The notes under the pieces: model-generated
Databases searched by the model: none
Told to the model about the DNA's origin: nothing
Seen by the model: only the letters and a program-made list of their open reading frames with translations
Made by a program: the position numbers and the translations under genes
Source: a virus
Strand: one strand, 5' to 3'
IMG/VR virus record: IMGVR_UViG_3300027908_000010
Location: 1 to 46,687 of that record
DNA length: 46,687 nucleotides
Shown: positions 1 to 7,920 of the stretch, piece after piece
How positions within the stretch are numbered: the first letter of the stretch is position 1
Layout: every line of letters starts with the position of its first letter

Positions 1-99
1 GTCTGACGGTTGCGGTATCACCGCGGCGGCTGGGCGGTGAGAAGCATAAGTGCTCGCTAAATATATTGCAATCTGATATATAATAATCCGATGGCTCGC
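1..99. repeat. Terminal direct repeat, copy 1 (identical to 46589..46687); most likely circular-assembly overlap
   Basis: nt 1..99 (gtctgacggttgcggtatcacc...taataatccgatggctcgc) recur exactly as the last 99 nt of the window. Confidence 0.97.
47..90 (+). promoter_or_regulatory. AT-rich putative promoter directly abutting the ATG at 91 (near-leaderless)
   Basis: TGaTATATAAT (74..84) resembles an extended -10 box and TTGCAA lies at 66..71. No Shine-Dalgarno precedes ATG 91. The -35 spacing is non-canonical, so this is weak. Confidence 0.3.
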
Positions 100-675
100 G
101 AGATCAAAGCGGAAGTTAAGCGCCGATTAGTCGGCAAAACACAGGCTATTCTTGCGCGAGAGCTAGGCGTATCAGCGCTTACAGTGCATCAAGCCTTGCA
201 CGGCAAAGTGAATCCCTCACCCAAGCTTCTTAAGGCTTTGGGCTATCGCAAGGTCGTAGTGTACGAGAAGGTTGAGAGAGCGGCCCCGTGCGAGCCTGCT
301 GTTAAGCCAAAGCCAGCCATTGGACTGTTCATTCCAGGTAATGAGGGCGCGCCTAGCTATAAACTCTCACCGCAGTTGGTGACGATCGCGCTCAAGTATC
401 AGGTTGCGCCCGGAGTTGAGTGGCCGCGGTTCTTGGCTGCATTGCCTGATCCTACGGACTTGGAGGCTGAGTGGACGCAGTGGTGTCTAGATGCCCGCCA
501 AACCGCTCCCAGAGCCCAAGGTAAGGCGATCGATGCTGAGCCAGCCTTAGAGGCATTGGGCGCACCTGGCGAGCTCTACAGCCATCTAAAGCCCATTCAG
601 CGTGGACCTGATCATCGGCCTGCGCCCTTGATGGGGAATGTGCATCCCGTCATTCCTGAGGAGCCGAAGCCATGA
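91..675 (+). CDS. HTH DNA-binding protein (Cro/XRE-like N-terminus plus unknown C-terminal domain); occupies the position of a late regulator
   Basis: 194 aa. The helix-turn-helix is GKTQAILARELGVSALTVHQALHG, followed by SPKLLKALGYRKVVVY, which parallels SPKGVLKFLGLEKRVTY in the 44704 ORF. ATGA overlap with the next ORF. Confidence 0.8.
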   Translation: MAREIKAEVKRRLVGKTQAILARELGVSALTVHQALHGKVNPSPKLLKALGYRKVVVYEKVERAAPCEPAVKPKPAIGLFIPGNEGAPSYKLSPQLVTIALKYQVAPGVEWPRFLAALPDPTDLEAEWTQWCLDARQTAPRAQGKAIDAEPALEALGAPGELYSHLKPIQRGPDHRPAPLMGNVHPVIPEEPKP

Positions 676-857
676 GCATGGGTTTGACACAAGATGAAAT
701 CCTTTCTGGCCGCGCGTCAGAGGAAACTAATAAGCGCATAGATTTGAAACTGCGGGTCGAGGCTATTGAAAAGCGATTAGGTCTGATCTTAGGTCCTCCA
801 ATGTGTCAACACGGGATCATTCGAGGTCTTTGCAAGAAATGTGATATTTATCAATGA
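672..857 (+). CDS. hypothetical small protein with C-terminal Cys knuckle
   Basis: 61 aa. ATGA-coupled to the upstream gene. C-terminus reads CQHGIIRGLCKKCD. Confidence 0.6.
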   Translation: MSMGLTQDEILSGRASEETNKRIDLKLRVEAIEKRLGLILGPPMCQHGIIRGLCKKCDIYQ

Positions 858-982
858 CCGATCATCAACAACGCGTTCGCACGGTCATTCAAGCCATGTT
901 TGGACTGGTCAAGCTTACGATGCTGTTCTCGGTTGTTTGGCTGCCTTGGGGGTGGGCAATCTACAAGGCTTTGCACGAATGA
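854..982 (+). CDS. small single-pass membrane protein (42 aa, below the ORF-track cutoff)
   Basis: Hand translation gives MTDHQQRVRTVIQAMFGLVKLTMLFSVVWLPWGWAIYKALHE. ATGA overlaps occur at both ends (854..857 and 979..982). This replaces the front of the 841..1167 track ORF. Confidence 0.45.
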   Translation: MTDHQQRVRTVIQAMFGLVKLTMLFSVVWLPWGWAIYKALHE

Positions 983-1167
983 CAGAAGCTCGATCACGCG
1001 CTCGAGCTGCCGCTCTCATGGTGAGGTTGAAAGATCTCGAAGAGCGATTGGAGAAGGTAGAGGCTAGGCTTACTCATCAAGAGTTCATCAGAGCGCTTGA
1101 TCTACCGAAGGTCTTGAATGTGGGAACGGTTGGGATAGCATCCATCGATGGCAAAAGACCGCGCTAA
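979..1167 (+). CDS. hypothetical coiled-coil protein (62 aa)
   Basis: The ATG at 979 is in frame with the 841..1167 ORF and forms an ATGA overlap with the 854..982 ORF. Sequence starts MTEARSRARAAALMVRLKDLEERLEKVEARL. Confidence 0.5.
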   Translation: MTEARSRARAAALMVRLKDLEERLEKVEARLTHQEFIRALDLPKVLNVGTVGIASIDGKRPR

Positions 1168-1558
1168 AGCTCAGCTTCCCGCAAGCTATAACGGCAGCTT
1201 CTTCAAAAGCCTCGACATCGAGTCAGCGCTCACCCAGAACGTCCAAGACAGACTCACTCAACTAACTCGAGAGCTTGGCGGCGATGAAGTCATGACGAGC
1301 GTGCGAATGTCTCACGTGCGTAACTACATCGCTCTGGGAGTGCTGATCGAGGGAATACTGCATGAGGCTTTGCATGGCCGTGAATACGATGCAGGAGTGC
1401 TCACACAGCTCATCAACACCGAGACAGGCATCGGACGCATCCTGGGGATGGAAAGGCGTCCCAGAGCTTTGGATGGCGTTCAGGATCATCTCAGGAAGCG
1501 CCGTCCTAGCGAGTCCAGACAGTCCGCGGCAGAAAGTCGTTCCTTGGCAGCAGCTTGA
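1148..1558 (+). CDS. hypothetical protein
   Basis: 136 aa ORF, ATG start, last gene before a 318-bp noncoding spacer. Function not recognisable. Confidence 0.6.
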   Translation: MAKDRAKAQLPASYNGSFFKSLDIESALTQNVQDRLTQLTRELGGDEVMTSVRMSHVRNYIALGVLIEGILHEALHGREYDAGVLTQLINTETGIGRILGMERRPRALDGVQDHLRKRRPSESRQSAAESRSLAAA

Positions 1559-1713
1559 TTAGCCGAGTACGTAGAATGGATCAGCTTATGCTTACGCCGA
1601 ACTGCGCATAATCGCCATTAAGTTAAATGGCAGCTATCAATGATATCAAGAGCTTAGCAAAATGGGATGGTCTGGCTGTCGTTCTTGGGATGGTTCGAGG
1701 CTTTCTGTCAGCT

Positions 1714-1849
1714 CAAAGGGGACCCTACTTCTGAGCCGCCTGGGCGGGAAAGGTTGGCCCTCCTTCTGAACCCTTTACCTCGTTCTGTGTATGCGTATGC
1801 ACTGACCAGCTAGCTCCAGAGCAGCTTGGGAAGTACAAAGGGGACCCTA
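1714..1849 (+). repeat. Two direct copies of CAAAGGGGACCCTA (1714..1727 and 1836..1849) in the noncoding spacer upstream of the packaging genes
   Basis: Exact 14-mer repeated 122 bp apart, both followed by (c)tctg. Read in different frames relative to local ORFs, so this is a nucleic-acid-level motif. Confidence 0.6.
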
Positions 1850-1876
1850 TCTGCCAAACCGATTCCAGGAGTCCCT

Positions 1877-2134
1877 GTGAGCCTCAATCTCGTAGAGCTA
1901 CCTCAGACTGACTTGCGGGACATAGCCTTGCAGATGAGGCGTATGGCGGACTGGGTAGAGAAGTCGGGACGCTCGGAGCTAAGCTGTATCTTCGTTCTGG
2001 GCAATGGTGATGGAAGTGTTAACGTTTACGGCTGGGGGACGCGCGTGAGTGCTTTGGAGGCTGCGGGGTGGCTTGCAAGAGCGCAAGCCAAGACCGCAGA
2101 GCCTGTCGAGCGGATTGGGACTGAGGCGGGATAA
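1877..2134 (+). CDS. hypothetical protein (85 aa from GTG 1877; the track ORF starts at TTG 1826)
   Basis: AGGAG at 1867..1871 lies 5 nt before GTG 1877. The upstream TTG start would place the 14-mer repeat inside the coding sequence. Confidence 0.55.
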   Translation: MSLNLVELPQTDLRDIALQMRRMADWVEKSGRSELSCIFVLGNGDGSVNVYGWGTRVSALEAAGWLARAQAKTAEPVERIGTEAG

Positions 2135-2215
2135 AGGAACTTTTTCTCGTGTCTGACACGCCGGAATCGATAAAGTGCCTGAACATTACAAAATCTTAAT
2201 CTTTGGGAGAGCGCC

Positions 2216-2707
2216 ATGACTGAAAGAACCGCGGGGGAGATTCTTCTCGCCCAACTCGAGTACGACTGTCAGGAAGCTAAGGAGGCAGTCATACGCGCGA
2301 TAGAGTCAGGATCCGTATCCGACCAAGCCGAAGCCTTTGAGAACCTCTCCATGAGGACGGTACAGCGCTGGTGGCTTTCCCGCATGGTGAAGGAGCCCGA
2401 GAAGCCCTTAGATGCTGCCGAGCTACGCCAGAGGCAGCAGGACCGGGCGTCCTCGTATGCTCTGTGCGCTCAGATCATCAAAGCCCGATCCGGCCCCATC
2501 GACCCCGAATCGTTACAGGTCAGCGTCTTGGGTCTCTCAGCCGAGATCAATGCCATCTGGGCGGTGCTGATAGATTCAGCCTTGGTGACGCAGAACGACC
2601 GCCATAACTACATGGACGGCTCGGCAACCGAACTCTACGGCCGGGTTCAAGGGATGGCGGCCAAAATAGTCATGCCGGGCAGTAATGGATCAAAGCTCGC
2701 CACTTGA
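2216..2707 (+). CDS. hypothetical protein; candidate small terminase subunit by position
   Basis: 163 aa. GGGAGAG SD before the ATG. Overlaps the TerL start by 23 nt. No diagnostic motif was seen. Confidence 0.4.
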   Translation: MTERTAGEILLAQLEYDCQEAKEAVIRAIESGSVSDQAEAFENLSMRTVQRWWLSRMVKEPEKPLDAAELRQRQQDRASSYALCAQIIKARSGPIDPESLQVSVLGLSAEINAIWAVLIDSALVTQNDRHNYMDGSATELYGRVQGMAAKIVMPGSNGSKLAT

Positions 2708-4256
2708 GCTCGGGGAGGCGATCCTAGGGTCTATTGAGGATCCGGAGCTATTCGGGGAGCATTTCCTTCCCCACGACACCTGGGGGCCGTGGAAGGTAGT
2801 GCTGAAGTGTTTGTTCGGCATTCCTCTTGAGGCGGGGGAGATGGAACTCTTCCAAGCCTCAACCGGCCGCACTACGCCATTCCAGAGCGCTCTCAGAGAA
2901 GCCTGGATCATGTGCGGCAGGCGTTCGGGGAAATCCAGAATCTTTGCCCTCATCGCGGTTTGCTTGGCGACCTTCAAGGACTACACGCCCTATCTCGCAT
3001 TGGGTGAGCGGGCATTGATTGTGGTGATTGCGGTCGATAAGGAACAAGCCGGAGTGATCTTTGGTTATGCCCAGGCATTGATCGAACACACACCGATGCT
3101 CCGAAGGATGGTCGAGCGGCAGGACACAAGCTCCATCGATCTTAACAACCACGTCGCCATTGAGGTGCGGGTTGCAAGCTACCGCTCGGTCCGAGGCCGA
3201 ACCCTTGCCGCAGCATTATGCGATGAAGTCGCCTTCTGGCGGGATGACACCTCGAAGAACCCTGCCGATGCCGTGATGCGCGCTCTGAGGCCGGGACTTG
3301 CGACTATCCCCGGTGCTCCCCTCTTGGTTGCATCCTCGGTCTATTCCAAGTTCGGGCTTCTTTACGATTCATTTGTGAAGTACTGGGGGCGGGAGAATTC
3401 AAACATCCTCGTGTGGAAGTCCGACACGAAGACGATGAACCCGACTTTCTCTCAGGAAGTGATCGACCGGGCGTATGAGGACGATGCCACAGATGCCGCA
3501 ACCGAGTATGGAAGCGAGTTCCGTACCGACGTCTCCGCATTCCTAAGCGATGAGGACGTGGATGCCTCGATCCAGCGGGACCGCAGATCCTTGCCGATGT
3601 CGATGTCCTTTAGCTACTTTGCCTTTACCGACCTGTCAGGGGGCAGGAACGATGCTGCGGCCTTGGGAATTGCCCATCAGGAGACAGGCGGGAGGATCAT
3701 TCTCGATCGGTTGGACTGGGTACTTCCTCCTTTCAACCCCGAAAAGGCTGTCGAGCAGTTTGCCCTTGTGATGTCAGGTTATGCTCTCTCCCGGGTGATC
3801 GGGGATGAATACGCCGCGGAGTGGGTCGTTCAGGCTTTTGCCAAGCACGGGATTGGCTATGAGCCTGCGGAGTACTCTAAGTCCGAAATCTATTCAGAAT
3901 GCTTGCCGCTCTTCACCGCAAGGTTAATTGAAATCCTCGACATCAAGCCCCTCGAGGGGCAACTGAGACAGCTTGAGAGACGTCCTCGCACAACCGGTCG
4001 GGACTCCATCGATCATCCCCGTGGGGGTCATGACGATTTGGCCAATGCCGCTTTAGGCGCGGCGTGGGTATGCGCACGTAGTGGTGCACAGGTGAATGAG
4101 CCGGGAAGGTCTAGCGTGACCCACGCTGAAACCCAATACGACGTGCTAGGACGAGAGAACTCCCCTCAACGCGAGCATCGGGTGCGGGGAACATTTCCCT
4201 ACCGAGACGATGGCGTATATGCTGCCGAGCGCCAATATGATCCTCTCTCACGCTAA
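2685..4256 (+). CDS. terL: terminase large subunit
   Basis: 523 aa. Walker A-like CGRRSGKS, Walker B-like AALCDEVAFW, C-terminal nuclease-like half. Lies upstream of the portal. Confidence 0.9.
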   Translation: MDQSSPLELGEAILGSIEDPELFGEHFLPHDTWGPWKVVLKCLFGIPLEAGEMELFQASTGRTTPFQSALREAWIMCGRRSGKSRIFALIAVCLATFKDYTPYLALGERALIVVIAVDKEQAGVIFGYAQALIEHTPMLRRMVERQDTSSIDLNNHVAIEVRVASYRSVRGRTLAAALCDEVAFWRDDTSKNPADAVMRALRPGLATIPGAPLLVASSVYSKFGLLYDSFVKYWGRENSNILVWKSDTKTMNPTFSQEVIDRAYEDDATDAATEYGSEFRTDVSAFLSDEDVDASIQRDRRSLPMSMSFSYFAFTDLSGGRNDAAALGIAHQETGGRIILDRLDWVLPPFNPEKAVEQFALVMSGYALSRVIGDEYAAEWVVQAFAKHGIGYEPAEYSKSEIYSECLPLFTARLIEILDIKPLEGQLRQLERRPRTTGRDSIDHPRGGHDDLANAALGAAWVCARSGAQVNEPGRSSVTHAETQYDVLGRENSPQREHRVRGTFPYRDDGVYAAERQYDPLSR

Positions 4257-4492
4257 TGGCTATTGAGATCAAGCCCTCTCACAAAGGACTTTTCCACAGA
4301 GATGTCGGGAAGTCTCCAGGCGCTAAGATCACATCCGCCGACATCGCCAAGGGCAAAGCCTCTTCAGATCCCGCCGAACGAAAGCGCGCCACCTTTGCCG
4401 CGAACGCTCGGAAGTGGAAGCACGGTAAGGGCAAGAAGAAGGTCGGTGAGGTCAATGCCAAGCATTCATCCAAACTCTACGGAGCAAAGTAA
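4256..4492 (+). CDS. small basic hypothetical protein
   Basis: 78 aa, Lys-rich (SHKGLFHRDVGKSPGAKIT...RKRATFAANARKWKHGKGKKK). TAATG junction with TerL. Confidence 0.6.
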   Translation: MAIEIKPSHKGLFHRDVGKSPGAKITSADIAKGKASSDPAERKRATFAANARKWKHGKGKKKVGEVNAKHSSKLYGAK

Positions 4493-4854
4493 TGGCTACC
4501 AGTCATGAGCCGGAACATCAGGAACACGTCACTCATACGAAGGTCGGTAGCGGCCACGGTCATCGTGAATCAGAAGTCTCTCATCCCGTAGACCAGTGGG
4601 ACCGTCCGCCTTATTCAAGCGAGAAGGTCTCCCAGCATGAAGGCACGATGAAACGCATCATGGCAGGCGGGGAGAACCGTCACGAAGGCCGCGGTGTCGT
4701 GATGGAGGATCCTGGCAAGAAGTCCGAGATGCGCGATTCTCCCGTTCCAGGACACGCCCAGAAGCCCGAAGAGGGCATCAGGAGCAAAGCCGGTAACGTC
4801 GCGCACTCCGAGGGCATGATCCCCGACCGATTCAATGGCGTCATGGAGCGGTGA
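4492..4854 (+). CDS. His/Glu-rich, probably disordered hypothetical protein
   Basis: 120 aa. TAATG junction upstream and GTGA junction downstream. Confidence 0.55.
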   Translation: MATSHEPEHQEHVTHTKVGSGHGHRESEVSHPVDQWDRPPYSSEKVSQHEGTMKRIMAGGENRHEGRGVVMEDPGKKSEMRDSPVPGHAQKPEEGIRSKAGNVAHSEGMIPDRFNGVMER

Positions 4855-5294
4855 TCCGCGAGGTATCACTCGCTACTGCCCGCGTCCTTTGCGAACACCT
4901 TCTAGCCGAGCATTACGAGGAGGTCGCGAAGTTCAAAGACGTCGCGGTCCTCAAACCCGACTGGGCGCGCTACAAAGAGGCTGAAAGGGAAGGACGACTT
5001 CTGATCCTCATCATCTGTGAGGGGAATCGCGGAATCGGGTACTCTGCGAACTTCCTGCAGATGAATCTGCACTATTCGGACCTTCTCTTTGCGCAAAACG
5101 ACGTTCTCTATCTCTCCCCAGAACACCGTAAAGGCGCACTCGGATACCGCCTTATCCTCGAGACCGAGAAGCGCGCCAAGGAACGCGGGGCGAAGCTGAT
5201 GCTCTGGCACACGAAGCCCCAAACGACCCTGGAAGCTCTCATGCCGCGGCTGTCGTATGAGATTTTGGACACCATCTGGGCGCGGAGACTTTGA
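4851..5294 (+). CDS. GNAT-family N-acetyltransferase-like protein
   Basis: 147 aa. LYLSPEHRKGALGYRLILETEKRAKERGAKLM fits the GNAT acyl-CoA-binding R/Q-x-x-G-x-G/A beta-alpha unit. Confidence 0.7.
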   Translation: MIREVSLATARVLCEHLLAEHYEEVAKFKDVAVLKPDWARYKEAEREGRLLILIICEGNRGIGYSANFLQMNLHYSDLLFAQNDVLYLSPEHRKGALGYRLILETEKRAKERGAKLMLWHTKPQTTLEALMPRLSYEILDTIWARRL

Positions 5295-5612
5295 GTGGGC
5301 TTCTCGATCGCTGGCGGTATTGGGTTATCGGGCGCTACCGCCTCAGCCGCAGGAGGCGCGATTGACGCGGTTGCAGCAGCAGGACTCTCAGCAGGATTAG
5401 GCGCAGCACTTGCCAAACGCCCCGCCCTTCCTCCCTCGCCAGTTCAGACAGCCGAGCAGTTGGGACAGGAGTCTCAGGCTGCCGACCTTGCCGCGCAGAG
5501 AAGGCAGTCCGTAGCTGGTGGCTTGGCTTCGACAGTAGGAACTTCAGGCGGTCAGGCTGGCGCTCTCTTAAATCCGACCAACCTCGGCCAACGAACGCTA
5601 CTCGGTCAGTGA
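5295..5612 (+). CDS. Gly/Ala-rich hypothetical virion-module protein
   Basis: 105 aa. GTG start directly after the GNAT stop. Lies immediately upstream of the portal. Confidence 0.55.
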   Translation: MGFSIAGGIGLSGATASAAGGAIDAVAAAGLSAGLGAALAKRPALPPSPVQTAEQLGQESQAADLAAQRRQSVAGGLASTVGTSGGQAGALLNPTNLGQRTLLGQ

Positions 5613-5615
5613 TTT

Positions 5616-7559
5616 ATGGCAGCAGGCCCAGACCTTAACCCGCTCAACTTTCCCGACGAAGGGACGCTTCTCGGCGCTGACCAAGGCCCCGGCTCTATCC
5701 CCGGCACCGACATGGGCGGGGCGAAGAAGAAAATCTACCAGAAGCGCGGGCAGATTGCGCTTCCCCTCAAAACAAAATACGAAGTTCTCAGAGGTCAGTT
5801 GGATCAGGAGCGCGAGAGCTGGCGCGCGCATATTCTCGACCTTAAAAATAACTTCCTGCCCTACCGCACAAGGTGGCTTGATGACGGTGGCTGGCCGAAT
5901 CTCGGCAACAAAAAGACGAACTACATCATCGATAACACGCCTCAGCTTGCAATCCGCACGCTGTCAGCCGGGATGATGTCTGGGGTTACAAACCCCTCTC
6001 GTCCCTGGATCCGCATCAAGACCCACGACAAAGCGCTTTATGAAGCCGATGGCGTTGCGATGTGGTGCGAGGCGGTGACGAATGCAACGCTCGACATGCT
6101 CGCCCGCTCAAACTACTACGACACGATGGAGCCGGTGTATCGGGAGTTGGGGACTTTCGGAACAGCAGCTCACGGCTGCTATGAGATGAAGTTTGATTCG
6201 AGAGAACCTGAAGCTCCTGTTTTGAACTTCGTCCCCTATACGTGGGGCGAGTACTGGATCAGGCAGGATTCACGGCAGCACGTCCACACCTTCATGCGGG
6301 TATTCAGGTGGACGGCGCGTCAGATCATTGAGAGATTCGTAGACGATCCTGAAAACCCCAATGACCCAAAGTGGAGAAATATCTCCCCGACCACGATTGC
6401 ACTCTGGCGTTCACGCATGGGCGAGCAGCGGATTGAGGTCGTTCATGTTCTTGAGCCGAATGAATATTACACCCCCGGCTCCCCGATGCCTTTGCACAGA
6501 AAATGCCGTTCGACTTTCTATGAGCGCGGCGGCAATCCCAATCAGGCGTTGGAGGTCTCGGGTTACTACCAGATGCCGGTGAAGGTTCCGCGATGGGATC
6601 TGAACTCCGATGACGCCTGGGGACATTCTCCGGCCATGGACTGCTTGGGAGATGCCAAATCTCTGCAGGTCCAGCAGAAACGAAAAGCCCAGGCGATCGA
6701 TAAGATGGTCGATCCGCCTCTCATTGGCGATGCGAATCTCAAGAAGACCCGCGTCTCCATGCTACCTGGAGATGTGACGTGGCTTGAAGGCGCGGCGTTG
6801 AACAGCTTCGGGCTGAAGTCCCTGTACGAAGTGAAGATCCAACTCGAACCGTTACTTGAGGACTGCAAGGACATGCGAGGGCGGATACAGGCTTCCCTCT
6901 ACACCGACGTCTTCCAGATGCTGAAGACGATGGGAGAAGAGCTGAAGTCCGGCATCACCGCAACCGAAATCCAGGCCCGAGTGCAGGAAAGAATCTTGGA
7001 GATGGGTCCGGTGCTGACAAGATTGAACAACGAACTCTACGAGCCGCAGATCGAGCAGGTTTTAGACATCGGTATGCGCCGCTCACGTTTGGCCTGGCAG
7101 TACCTGCAGGCGGGTAAGTCCGTTCCTAACGGGGTTGAGATGATTTTCCCTCCTCCGCCGAAAGCTCTGAAGGGAAAGCCCTTGCGGATCGAATATATCT
7201 CGATTCTCTCGCAGGCGATGAAAGCTCCCGAGGTTCAAGGTATTCAGCAACTCGCGACCTGGATATTGCAGACCGCTGGAGTCAAACCTGACGTTTTAGA
7301 CAAGTTCGACTTCGACAAGGCGGTTGATATTCTAGGAGACAGAATTCCCGTACCTCCCGAGATCATCATCCCGACCGCAGTTGCCGATAAGGTCCGCGCC
7401 AAACGCGCTCAGAACGCCCAAGCCCAGCAGGAGCAGTCCGCGGCATTGGAGAAGACGCAAGTCTCAGCTCAGGCGGCAAAGAATCTCGGAGCAGCCCCGC
7501 TAGGTCAGGGGAATGCTTTGGAACACCTGATGGGAGTGCAAGCCGGTGGCTCAGCGTAA
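5616..7559 (+). CDS. portal (head-to-tail connector) protein, T7 gp8-like
   Basis: 647 aa. The conserved stretch NFLPYRTRW...IIDNTPQLAIRTLSAGMMSGVTNPSRPWIRIKT is typical of podoviral connector proteins. Position follows TerL. Confidence 0.85.
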   Translation: MAAGPDLNPLNFPDEGTLLGADQGPGSIPGTDMGGAKKKIYQKRGQIALPLKTKYEVLRGQLDQERESWRAHILDLKNNFLPYRTRWLDDGGWPNLGNKKTNYIIDNTPQLAIRTLSAGMMSGVTNPSRPWIRIKTHDKALYEADGVAMWCEAVTNATLDMLARSNYYDTMEPVYRELGTFGTAAHGCYEMKFDSREPEAPVLNFVPYTWGEYWIRQDSRQHVHTFMRVFRWTARQIIERFVDDPENPNDPKWRNISPTTIALWRSRMGEQRIEVVHVLEPNEYYTPGSPMPLHRKCRSTFYERGGNPNQALEVSGYYQMPVKVPRWDLNSDDAWGHSPAMDCLGDAKSLQVQQKRKAQAIDKMVDPPLIGDANLKKTRVSMLPGDVTWLEGAALNSFGLKSLYEVKIQLEPLLEDCKDMRGRIQASLYTDVFQMLKTMGEELKSGITATEIQARVQERILEMGPVLTRLNNELYEPQIEQVLDIGMRRSRLAWQYLQAGKSVPNGVEMIFPPPPKALKGKPLRIEYISILSQAMKAPEVQGIQQLATWILQTAGVKPDVLDKFDFDKAVDILGDRIPVPPEIIIPTAVADKVRAKRAQNAQAQQEQSAALEKTQVSAQAAKNLGAAPLGQGNALEHLMGVQAGGSA

Positions 7560-7908
7560 CAAGAAGAACCTCGAGCACTTTGCCGATGAAGTCCCGGCGA
7601 TCGATAAAGCCCGCGCGCAGGAGGGCGTGGAACGGGATAACGAGCTTGGGGATATGCGCGGACTTCTCACCGATCTTCGGGTGCGCAAGCTCCTGTGGCG
7701 TATCATGGAATCAACCCAGATGTTTGTGGATCCGATGAACTCCAACTTCGGTGTGGTGGGCCACTCTTTAGGTCGCGCAGCGGTTGGTAAATGGCTCATG
7801 GGGGAGATCATCGAAGCCGATTGCAATGCGTGGCTCACCATGCAGATGGAGCATTACCAGCGACAGCTTGAAAAGGCAGCGCTAGACGCAGCAGGAGAGG
7901 ACGAGTAG
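7546..7908 (+). CDS. small conserved head-module protein (Bbp19-like by recollection)
   Basis: 120 aa. GTG start overlaps the portal end. Lies between portal and scaffold. Confidence 0.6.
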   Translation: MAQRNKKNLEHFADEVPAIDKARAQEGVERDNELGDMRGLLTDLRVRKLLWRIMESTQMFVDPMNSNFGVVGHSLGRAAVGKWLMGEIIEADCNAWLTMQMEHYQRQLEKAALDAAGEDE

Positions 7909-7920
7909 GCTTCGCGGCGT

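Noticed and set aside
841-1167. 108-aa track ORF starting at GTG 841
   Set aside because: It is better explained as two ATGA-coupled genes (854..982 in another frame and 979..1167). The N-terminal part of the long ORF (MIFINDRSSTTRSHGHSSHVW...) looks non-native.
1688-1705. tRNA-like T-loop sequence GGTTCGAGG in the noncoding spacer
   Set aside because: The flanking bases do not form a T-stem, and no acceptor or anticodon arms can be drawn. It is not a tRNA.
5295-5310. Identical 11-nt gene starts GTGGGCTTCTC (MGFS...) at 5295 and 19908, suggesting paralogous Gly-rich virion proteins
   Set aside because: The similarity does not extend beyond the first four codons by eye, so it is probably coincidence. 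It would need a proper alignment.
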